Source: Pedosphaera sp.
GTDB taxonomy: Bacteria; Verrucomicrobiota; Verrucomicrobiia; Limisphaerales; SIBH01
Direction of reading: 5' to 3'
Assembly (NCBI GenBank): GCA_031414955.1
Contig: JANOQV010000184.1
Location: forward strand, 32,001 to 96,000
DNA length: 64,000 nt
Under the pieces are notes generated by a model. It was not told where the DNA came from. It saw nothing but the letters and a program-made list of their open reading frames with translations, and made no database searches. A program made the position numbers and the translations under genes. Shown piece after piece: positions 28,470 to 36,497 of the stretch. The first letter of the stretch is position 1. Each line of letters begins with the position of its first letter.

Positions 28470-29702
28470 ATGGCTTTTGCTCAACTCGGTTTGTCTCACG
28501 CGGTGCTGGAAGGCATCAAGGCGATGGGTTACGTGGAACCCACGCCCATTCAATTGCGCGCCATCCCCATCATCATGGAGGGGCACGATGTCATCGGCTC
28601 CGCGCAAACGGGCACGGGCAAGACGGCGGCCTTCGCCCTGCCCATGCTGACCAAGCTGGGCCCGCCGCAACACCGCACCCGCGCGCTTATCCTCGAACCG
28701 ACCCGCGAACTCGCGGCCCAGGTCGAGACGGCGATCCGCGATTTCGCGCGTTTCTCCGACCTCAAGGTCGCCGTTGTCTTCGGCGGCGTGGGCTACGGCG
28801 CGCAGAATGAAGCGCTGAAGGGCGGCGCCGACATCATCGTGGCCACGCCGGGACGGCTGCTCGATCACATGCAGGAAGGTCGCGCCAAGCTCGACAGCGT
28901 GGAGTTCGTGGTGCTGGATGAAGCCGACCGCATGTTGGACATGGGCTTCCTCCCGGACGTGAAACGCATCGTGCAGAAATGCCCGGCCAAGCGGCAGACC
29001 ATGCTCTTCTCCGCCACCATTCCGCCGGAGATCGAATTTCTGATCCAGTGGGCCATGCGCGATCCGCAGACCATCGAGGTCGGTGCGCGCCGCACGCCGG
29101 CCGAGACGATCAAGCACGTCATCTATCCCGTGGCCGAACGCCAGAAGCTCGACCTGACGCTCGCGCTCCTCGACGAGGTTCACTACGACTCGGTGATCAT
29201 TTTCTGCCGGACCAAGGATCGCGCGGACAACGTCGGGCGACTGTTGAAGAAGAACAATCACGCCGTCGCGGTACTCCACTCAAACCGCACTCAGCGCGAA
29301 CGCGAAGAGGCGCTCAAGGGTTTTCGTGACGGACATTTTGAAGTACTCGTCGCCACCGACATCGCCTCGCGCGGCCTCGACATCGCCGACGTGAGCCATG
29401 TGGTGAACTACGACGTGCCGCTGCATCCGGAGGATTACGTCCATCGCATCGGCCGGACCGGCCGGGCCGAGTCCCGCGGCGACGCCTTCACCATCATGTG
29501 CGCCGAGGACCAGCCCTACGTGGAACGCATCGAGCGCTTCATCGCGAAGAAAATCGAGCGCGTGAAGCTGGACAAGTTCGCCTACGAATACACCGCGCTC
29601 TTCGATGTGGACAAGAAGGGCGCGCCCCCGGTCGGGGCCGCGCGCGGCGGACGCCTGAGCGGCGGCTACTTCTTCGGGCCGGCGAAAAGACGGCGGAAGT
29701 AG
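28470..29702 (+). CDS. DEAD-box RNA helicase (RhlE-like)
   Basis: AQTGTGKT, PTRELA, DEAD, SAT and HRIGRTGR. Confidence 0.96.
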   Translation: MAFAQLGLSHAVLEGIKAMGYVEPTPIQLRAIPIIMEGHDVIGSAQTGTGKTAAFALPMLTKLGPPQHRTRALILEPTRELAAQVETAIRDFARFSDLKVAVVFGGVGYGAQNEALKGGADIIVATPGRLLDHMQEGRAKLDSVEFVVLDEADRMLDMGFLPDVKRIVQKCPAKRQTMLFSATIPPEIEFLIQWAMRDPQTIEVGARRTPAETIKHVIYPVAERQKLDLTLALLDEVHYDSVIIFCRTKDRADNVGRLLKKNNHAVAVLHSNRTQREREEALKGFRDGHFEVLVATDIASRGLDIADVSHVVNYDVPLHPEDYVHRIGRTGRAESRGDAFTIMCAEDQPYVERIERFIAKKIERVKLDKFAYEYTALFDVDKKGAPPVGAARGGRLSGGYFFGPAKRRRK

Positions 29703-29708
29703 GCTCGG

Positions 29709-30053
29709 ATGGATTCAGGCCTCGAGAAGCGAACGTGGCGCAACTCGCCGTGGACTGTCGTAATTGGTTCGCTCGCCCTGATCCTGGCATCTCTGTTTTT
29801 CGCACGGCGTCGTCCCAGACAGCATCATCAACATAATCCTACGGCGGAATGTCGCAGCCGCCTCGCCCACATTGAGTTGATGAAAAAACTCTGGGCCAAG
29901 GATGAAGGCAAATCGCCGAACGACGTGCTTACGGAAGACGATCTTTATGGCACGAATGACCATCTCCGTGTCACCTGTCCAGTGGGCGGCAGCTACGTTT
30001 TCGGAAGAGTCGGCGAGAAACCCCGCTGCTCCATGCCCGGTCACACGATTTGA
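29709..30053 (+). CDS. Small pilin/pseudopilin-like membrane-anchored protein
   Basis: TM helix, CRSRLAHI helix and CPVGGSY...PRCS motif; no prepilin cleavage motif. Confidence 0.6.
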   Translation: MDSGLEKRTWRNSPWTVVIGSLALILASLFFARRRPRQHHQHNPTAECRSRLAHIELMKKLWAKDEGKSPNDVLTEDDLYGTNDHLRVTCPVGGSYVFGRVGEKPRCSMPGHTI

Positions 30054-30057
30054 TTTT

Positions 30058-30127
30058 GTCTCGCGAAGGCGGCGAAGGGGACAAAGAAGTCAGAATCCCT
30101 TCGCAACCTTCGCCGCCTTCGCGAGAC
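30058..30127. repeat. Perfect 21-bp inverted repeat built from 9-mers, between convergent genes
   Basis: gtctcgcgaaggcggcgaagg pairs with ccttcgccgccttcgcgagac. Confidence 0.88.
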
Positions 30128-30128
30128 C

Positions 30129-31210
30129 TCACTGCCCCACGCAGAACAGATGCTTGTCGCCGCGGATGAAAATCCGTCCGTTGCTGATGGCCGGTGAGGC
30201 GAAGGTCTTCTCACCGATCTTGTTCTGGGCCACCAGTTCGAACTCACGCCCGGCCCGCACCACGTTCATCACGCCTTCGTCGTTGAGGAAATAGACCAGC
30301 CCATTGGCCGAGACGAGCGACGCGTGATGCACGCCCATGCGTTCCTGCCAGAGAATTTTGCCGGTCTTGGTCTCGAAGCAATGCGCCACGCCGCCCTCGG
30401 AGAGGATGAGGAAAAATTCCTGCTCAATGATGGGCGACGGCACATAGACCGCGCCCTTGATGGTGCGCCAGGCGATTTTCTCCGCGCCCACTTTCCCCGG
30501 CCCGTGCGCGGATCGTAGCTCGCGGTGCATTTGCTGCCGGTGAGAATCATTTGCGTGCGGCCGCCGATGTCGCGGATGAGCGGCACGGTGTAGCTGCGCG
30601 TCTTATTCGGCCGATCGATGCGCCAGAGTTCCTTCCCCGTCTTGCGGTCCAGCGCCACCATGTAGCCGTCGCCGTCGTGATCACCGTTCACGATGACCTT
30701 GTCTTCAAAGAGAATGGGCGAGCTGCAAAAGCCGTGCTTGCTCGCGAAGGCGCCGGGTCTCACCGCCCACAACTGTTTGCCACTGAAGTCATACGCGGCC
30801 ACGAACATTTTGTTGATGTCGAGGAAGGCCACGAAGACGCGCTCACCATCCGTGGCCGGCGTGCTGGAGGCGTGGCTGTTGAGCGGATGCTTGGACTCCA
30901 TGAGTGTCTGCAACACCGTCTCGCGCCAAAGAGTTTTTCCGCTCCTTCCGTCGAGGCAAAGCAGCACCCGCTCCTGAGTCGGCGGGATGGCGGCGACGGT
31001 GAAGACCTTGTCGCCGAACACAACGGGCGAGGCGTGACCGGGGCCGGGCAGTTCCGTCTTCCAGAGCACGTTGCTCGTGGCGCTCCAAAACACCGGCACG
31101 TTCTTCTCGGCGCTGGTGCCGTCGAGGCGCGGGCCGCGCCATTGCGGCCAGTTCCCGGCGTGGGCCCGGCACGCAACAACAAGAAACGCTATGACAATAA
31201 GATGTTTCAC
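30129..31210 (-). pseudogene. PQQ-binding-like beta-propeller gene with an internal frameshift or deletion near 30500
   Basis: N-terminal ORF (signal peptide, NWPQWRGP ... ASYDPRTG) continues in another frame as KIAWRTIKGAVYVPSP ... FASPAISNGRIFIRG. Confidence 0.8.
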
Positions 31211-31213
31211 GGC

Positions 31214-31540
31214 CTAACCGATGAACGAACACACGTACTCGCAGAGGCCTTCCTTGACCTCGATGTCGAAGCCGGACTTGGCGGCGACATTGAAGAAGGT
31301 GCCCGCATGGTAGTCGTGTTCACTGTTCTGCGTGTCGAGAATGACCGTGCAGGAGCCGGCGATGATTTCCATGCGCTCGGCCTTTTCGGTGCCGAAGTGA
31401 AACTTGCCGGGATAAATCAGCCCGAGAGTCTTCTTCGACCCGTCCGGGAAAATGATGCTGTGGCTGACCACCTTGCCGTCGAAATAGACGTTGGCCTTGG
31501 CGATGGCGGTGACGTTCTTGAAATCAACTGGTGATGACAT
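31214..31540 (-). CDS. ppnP: Pyrimidine/purine nucleoside phosphorylase
   Basis: KANVYFDGKVVSH, KKTLGLIYPG, FGTEKAERMEI and EYVCSF. Confidence 0.9.
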   Translation of the reverse strand: MSSPVDFKNVTAIAKANVYFDGKVVSHSIIFPDGSKKTLGLIYPGKFHFGTEKAERMEIIAGSCTVILDTQNSEHDYHAGTFFNVAAKSGFDIEVKEGLCEYVCSFIG

Positions 31541-31586
31541 GGGCGGGAGTTTCGGCGCGGCGATGAACATGTCAATCGCGGTTTGG

Positions 31587-31676
31587 CCTCACGCCAAGTC
31601 CGCGCAGGTCGCGATGGGAAAATCAAAGCAGGCTGGTCTGTTTTCCTTGGCGGCCTTGGCGGCCTTGGCGTAAGGC
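31587..31676. repeat. 9-mer-based imperfect inverted repeat (ccttggcgg x3)
   Basis: cctcacgccaag at the left; ccttggcggccttggcggccttggcgtaagg at the right. Confidence 0.7.
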
Positions 31677-31717
31677 ACTCTCTTGACGTGCCATTCTCCA
31701 AGTCTAACCATCGGCCC

Positions 31718-31918
31718 ATGAAATTGACGTGGAAGGATCACGAAGAGGTCGCCTGGGCGCTCATGGACAAGTTTCCCGACCAGGATCCGCTCAAGCTCAG
31801 CTTCCCCAAGCTGCACGTCCTGGTCTGCGCGCTGGAGGATTTTGGAGACAAGCCCGACGCGTCGAACGAGAAAGTTTTGGAAAACATCCAGATGGCCTGG
31901 TACGAGGAGAAGAAATGA
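31718..31918 (+). CDS. iscX: Fe-S cluster assembly protein IscX (YfhJ)
   Basis: MKLTWKD, FPDQDPLKLSF and SNEKVLENIQMAW; 66 aa. Confidence 0.9.
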   Translation: MKLTWKDHEEVAWALMDKFPDQDPLKLSFPKLHVLVCALEDFGDKPDASNEKVLENIQMAWYEEKK

Positions 31919-32298
31919 GCACCAAACAAATCATCAAACCCGCCGCCTCCCCCGCTGCCGTCGGCCCGTATAACCACGCCGTCCGCATTGGCGACCTGCT
32001 CTTCTGCTCCGGGCAGATTCCGCTCGATCCGGCCACCGGCCAGTTGATCACGGGTGACATCAAGGCCCAGACGGAACGCGTGCTGGAGAACGTGAAGTCG
32101 CTGCTCGCGGATCAGAATCTCACTTTCACCAACGTGGTGAAGGCCACCGTGTTCATGACCAACCTCGGTGACTTCGCGGCCATGAACGAAGTTTACGCGC
32201 GCTACTTCACCGGTGATTTTCCGGCGCGCTCCACCGTGCAGGTCACGGCGCTGCCACGCGCGGCGAGTGTGGAGATTGAAGTGGTGGCCCACTATTGA
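31915..32298 (+). CDS. ridA: RidA/YjgF family imine deaminase
   Basis: PAAVGPY, SGQIPLDP, MNEVY, PARS and VEIE. Confidence 0.92.
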   Translation: MSTKQIIKPAASPAAVGPYNHAVRIGDLLFCSGQIPLDPATGQLITGDIKAQTERVLENVKSLLADQNLTFTNVVKATVFMTNLGDFAAMNEVYARYFTGDFPARSTVQVTALPRAASVEIEVVAHY

Positions 32299-32411
32299 AC
32301 GTGCCCCCGGCGTCCCGCCGGGTCGGCGCTCGAACCACGCCGAGGCGCGGCGAATTGTTGCCCGATTTTGTTTATTCAGTCCCGACCCGGCGGGACGCCG
32401 GGGGCACGTTG
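32298..32411. repeat. REP-like doublet between convergent ridA and fcl
   Basis: aacgtgcccccggcgtcccgccgggtcgg pairs perfectly with ccgacccggcgggacgccgggggcacgtt. Confidence 0.9.
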
Positions 32412-33340
32412 AACCGCTGCTTGAAATCCTCGTAGGCCAGGGCGATGCCCTGTTCCAGATTCACCTGCGGCTTCCAGCCCAAGGCCAGCAGACGCGAGGA
32501 ATCCATCAGCTTGCGCGGTGTGCCGTCTGGTTTTGACTTGTCCCAGGTGATTTCCCCGATGAACCCGACGATGCGTTTCACCGTCTCGGCCAGTTCACGA
32601 ATCGTCACATCGCTGCCGTAGCCCACGTTGATGAACTGCTCCTCGCTGTAATTCTGCATCAGGAACAAGCAGGCGCGGCCGAGGTCGTCGGCATAGAGGA
32701 ATTCCCGCAACGGCGTGCCGGTGCCCCAGCACACCACTTCCTTCGCTCCGCCCGACTTGGCCTCGTGGAACTTGCGGATGAGCGCGGGCAGCACATGCGA
32801 GTTCTGCAAATCATAGTTGTCGTTCGCGCCGTACATGTTCGTGGGCATAGCGCTGATGAAGTCGCAGCCGTGCTGGCGACGATAGGCGGCGCACATTTTC
32901 ACGCCGGCGATCTTGGCGATGGCGTACCACTCGTTGGTGGGTTCGAGCGGGCCGGTCAGGAGCGAGTCTTCCTGGAGCGGCTGCGGCGCGTGCTTGGGGT
33001 AAATGCAGGAACTGCCGAGGAAGAGCAGCTTCTTCACTCCCGCGACCTGCGCGCCGTGGATGAGGTTGTTTTGGATCTGAAGGTTCTCGTAGAGGAACTG
33101 CGCCGGATGAGTGCTGTTGGCGAGAATGCCGCCGACCTTGGCCGCCGCGACGAAAACAAACTCCGGTTTCTCCTGGGCGTAGAATTCCCGCACCGCCGCC
33201 GCATCCAGCAGATCCAGCTCGGCATGGGTGCGCCCGAACCACTGGGCGAATCCCTGCCGCTGTAATTCCCGTGTGATCGCGCTGCCCACGAGGCCGCGGT
33301 GTCCGGCCACGTAAATGCGCGAGCTTTTCTCCATCGTCAT
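32372..33340 (-). CDS. fcl: GDP-L-fucose synthase
   Basis: [38 protein letters not shown] and DGTPRK. Confidence 0.96.
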   Translation of the reverse strand: MTMEKSSRIYVAGHRGLVGSAITRELQRQGFAQWFGRTHAELDLLDAAAVREFYAQEKPEFVFVAAAKVGGILANSTHPAQFLYENLQIQNNLIHGAQVAGVKKLLFLGSSCIYPKHAPQPLQEDSLLTGPLEPTNEWYAIAKIAGVKMCAAYRRQHGCDFISAMPTNMYGANDNYDLQNSHVLPALIRKFHEAKSGGAKEVVCWGTGTPLREFLYADDLGRACLFLMQNYSEEQFINVGYGSDVTIRELAETVKRIVGFIGEITWDKSKPDGTPRKLMDSSRLLALGWKPQVNLEQGIALAYEDFKQRFNVPPASRRVGTE

Positions 33341-33503
33341 GGGCGGTGACTAGCATTGAACCCGCGCGCCTGCCAACCTCAAAGCCGGAGCGGCGGCCTG
33401 GATCGGGTGGAGGCTGGAAGCTCGCCGCGGAAAAACTTCGTCCCGAGCCACGGAAAACATTGCAACCCCTCACGCGTTCACGGAGAAGTAGCGCCCATTT
33501 TTT

Positions 33504-34172
33504 ATGGCCAAAGCAAAAAACGAAGCCCAGTTGTTGAACCTGTTGAAATCCATCCTCCCCAAGGCGGTGCCGGATGCGAAGCTCGCCCAGCAAATTTACG
33601 CCGCGTTGGAGAAGGAGATTGCCTCCACCGAGCGCACCGCGCATTTCGAGAAATTCTGCAAGAAGGTCGAGCTGCCCGATCTGCAAAAGGACAGCCTCGA
33701 AGCAGTGAAGGAGCAATTCGAGACCTCCTTCGGCAAGGGTATGGTTTCCCTCGTGCCGCACTCGGGCAAGAAAGCCGCCACGGTCGAAGTCATCACGCCC
33801 AAGGGCACCTTTGAAGGCACCATCCAGGTCGGCCCCAAAGCGCCGGAGGAAGGCGAGGACGGCGAGGTAAAGCCCAAGTTCGTGCCCTTTCCCGTCAGCC
33901 TGCCCGCCGATCCTGAACTGGTGTGGCTGCTGGCCCGCGACGAGCGCCTGACGCCCGATGACGCCACGGTCGCGCTGACCAAGGTGCAAGACAGCTTCTG
34001 GGAATCGAAAGCCGGCCAGCAGCATTTGCAAAAGCGCACCGAGCGCACCTTCCCCGAATTCATCGCCAAAGTTCCGGGCAAAGTTCTCACCGAGGCTGGC
34101 CTCAAGCGCCACTACAAGGAGCCGGAGCCGGTCAAGCAGATCAAAGTGCTCAAGGCCCGCAAGCACGAGTAA
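33504..34172 (+). CDS. Hypothetical cytoplasmic protein
   Basis: 222-aa ORF with host-like codon usage; Lys/Glu-rich. Confidence 0.8.
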   Translation: MAKAKNEAQLLNLLKSILPKAVPDAKLAQQIYAALEKEIASTERTAHFEKFCKKVELPDLQKDSLEAVKEQFETSFGKGMVSLVPHSGKKAATVEVITPKGTFEGTIQVGPKAPEEGEDGEVKPKFVPFPVSLPADPELVWLLARDERLTPDDATVALTKVQDSFWESKAGQQHLQKRTERTFPEFIAKVPGKVLTEAGLKRHYKEPEPVKQIKVLKARKHE

Positions 34173-34250
34173 TCCCGGCTCCCTCTCCAGAGGAGTTGGC
34201 GAGTGATGGCTGACTGCGGGACTTGGTTGAGTTTGGGCTGATCCAACTTA

Positions 34251-34426
34251 GAGCCGGTCTGAAAATTCGGAGGCGGAGTGCGCCCGTCTCGGGTGCCGCA
34301 ACGTGATGACTTGGAGCGCGTCGGAAAAACCCATACCCGCTGGTGTTTGCACGTTGCTGCGCCCGAGGACGGGCGCACTCCGGGGCGGGCCGCTTGCGCT
34401 GCCCCAGTGACTTTTCAGACCGGCTC
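34251..34426. mobile_element. 176-bp MITE with 15-bp perfect TIRs and a TTA target duplication, carrying an internal REP doublet
   Basis: tta|gagccggtctgaaaa ... ttttcagaccggctc|tta; internal ggagtgcgcccgtc...gacgggcgcactcc. Confidence 0.88.
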
Positions 34427-34705
34427 TTAGCAACGATGGCCCTTCTGCTCACGCTGCGGGTGGAATTTGTCCGGCTGCGACCAGATCAGCGGCACAACCA
34501 AAGGACGAACGGCTTCACGAAATTCGTGTGCCACTTGCATCGAAGCCACTCGCTCTTACTGGGGTGGTTTGCTCCTGTTCATTTTCGCGCGGACGAGGTG
34601 TCTGTGCTCCGAGGACAGAGCCGCGCAATCACCGCTTGCATCAAGCGGACGATTCGACATGCTCCGCGCATCCCGAATTCACTGTGACAAGCACGGAGCA
34701 TCTGC

Positions 34706-36481
34706 ATGAAAAAACGATCCACATTCACGACCTCAATGATTGCGTTACTGGTGGCGGGCTTCCTCCAGTTCTCGGAGCCGGCGGCTCCGGCGGCCAGCGG
34801 CACCAACAGTCCGCCCCGTCTCTCCACCAGCGACGCCATCGCTCGCATCCGGGACGAAGGGCTGAATCGCTCGCAGGTGATGAAGACGTTGAGTTATCTC
34901 ACGGATGTGATCGGGCCTCGGCTCACCGGCTCGCCAAACTTGCGCCGGGCCAATGAATGGACGCGCGACTCGATGTCTTCGTGGGGGCTGACCAACGCAC
35001 ACCTGGAAGCCTGGGGACCGTTCGGCCGTGGCTGGTCGTTGAAAAGTTTCTCCGCGCAGATCGTCGAGCCGCAGGCCATCCCACTCATCGCTTCGCCCAA
35101 GGCGTGGACCCCCGGTTTCGACCAACCGATCACCGCCGACGTCATTCACCTCGACGGCAAAACAGAAGCCGACCTGGAAAAATACCAGGGCCGGCTCAAG
35201 GGGAAAATAGTGCTGGGCAGTTCGCTGCGGGAAGTGCGGGCCCGCTTCGAACCGATGGCCACGAGGATCGCTGAATCAAATTTGTTACGCATGGCCAACG
35301 CCGGCCCGGGCGGCGGGCGCGAGTTTTTCCCCGGACGGGTGGCTCCGACGAATACGTTGACCGCAACGAATGCCGGCCGCTCGACGGTCACCAATGCCGC
35401 GCGTTCCCCGGCCCTGACCTCGGCCCGGGTGCTGTCCTTCGCGGCCAAAGAGGGTGCGGCGTTGGTGGTGACGGTCAGTTCGGAAGGCGACGGCGGCACT
35501 TTGTTCGTGGCGCAAGCCTCCGTGCCAGGCGCTCCGCCGCGCGGCACCAACACCACTGACCCTGGGTCGCGACCCACCGGCTCCGCGTGGGCCACCAACG
35601 CCATCCTGCCGCCGCAGATCACCGTGGCCATGGAAGATTACAACCGTCTCGGGCGCATGATCCAGCAGGGCGAAAAGCTGAAGATGACCGTGGACCTCCG
35701 CGTGCAGTTCCATGACACCGACTTGATGGCCTATAACACCATCGCCGAAATCCCCGGCAGCGACTTGAAGGACGAAGTGGTGATGATCGGCGCGCATCTG
35801 GATTCGTGGCATTCCGGGACGGGGGCCACGGACAACGGCGCGGGCGTGGCCGCGACCATGGAGGCCATGCGCATCATCAAGGCGGCGAAATTACAACCGC
35901 GCCGGACTCTCCGCATCGGACTGTGGTCGGGCGAAGAGCAAGGACTGCTCGGATCGAAGGCCTACGTGACGAAGCATTTCGGTTACTACACGAACCTGAC
36001 CAACGCCACCGCCACCCGTTCACCGCGTGCGGAGAGCAACACGCCGCGCCAGACCCGGGCGGCGACTGGCAATAATTCCACGCGCAAGCTGATCCGCCAT
36101 GGGGATTACGAGCAACTCTCCGCCTACTTCAATCTCGACAATGGCACGGGGAAAATTCGCGGGGTTTACATGCAGGGCAACGAGGCGGTGCGCCCGCTCT
36201 TCCGCAAGTGGCTCCAACCCTTCTCCGACCTCGGCGCGGAGACGCTGACGCTCGGCAACACCGGCGGCACGGATCATCTGGCCTTTGATGGAGTCGGTCT
36301 GCCTGGGTTCCAGTTCATCCAGGACCCGCTCGATTACTGGACCCGCACGCACCACTCGAACGCCGACGTGTTCGACCGCATCCAGGCCGACGACATGAAG
36401 CAGGCTTCGACCGTGATGGCGGCGTTCCTCTATAACGCGGCGATGCTGGACGAGAAGGTGCCGCGCAAGCCGGTGGAGTGA
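34706..36481 (+). CDS. M28 family (carboxypeptidase Q-like) secreted metallopeptidase
   Basis: GPRLTGS, GAHLDSW, GATDNGAG, GEEQGLLGS, GTDH and THHSNAD. Confidence 0.92.
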   Translation: MKKRSTFTTSMIALLVAGFLQFSEPAAPAASGTNSPPRLSTSDAIARIRDEGLNRSQVMKTLSYLTDVIGPRLTGSPNLRRANEWTRDSMSSWGLTNAHLEAWGPFGRGWSLKSFSAQIVEPQAIPLIASPKAWTPGFDQPITADVIHLDGKTEADLEKYQGRLKGKIVLGSSLREVRARFEPMATRIAESNLLRMANAGPGGGREFFPGRVAPTNTLTATNAGRSTVTNAARSPALTSARVLSFAAKEGAALVVTVSSEGDGGTLFVAQASVPGAPPRGTNTTDPGSRPTGSAWATNAILPPQITVAMEDYNRLGRMIQQGEKLKMTVDLRVQFHDTDLMAYNTIAEIPGSDLKDEVVMIGAHLDSWHSGTGATDNGAGVAATMEAMRIIKAAKLQPRRTLRIGLWSGEEQGLLGSKAYVTKHFGYYTNLTNATATRSPRAESNTPRQTRAATGNNSTRKLIRHGDYEQLSAYFNLDNGTGKIRGVYMQGNEAVRPLFRKWLQPFSDLGAETLTLGNTGGTDHLAFDGVGLPGFQFIQDPLDYWTRTHHSNADVFDRIQADDMKQASTVMAAFLYNAAMLDEKVPRKPVE

Positions 36482-36497
36482 ATGGGGTAGCCGCGAA

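Noticed and set aside
31672..31705. ggcactc...cgtgcc as a CIRCE or sigma-54 site
   Set aside because: Spacing and sequence do not fit either consensus.
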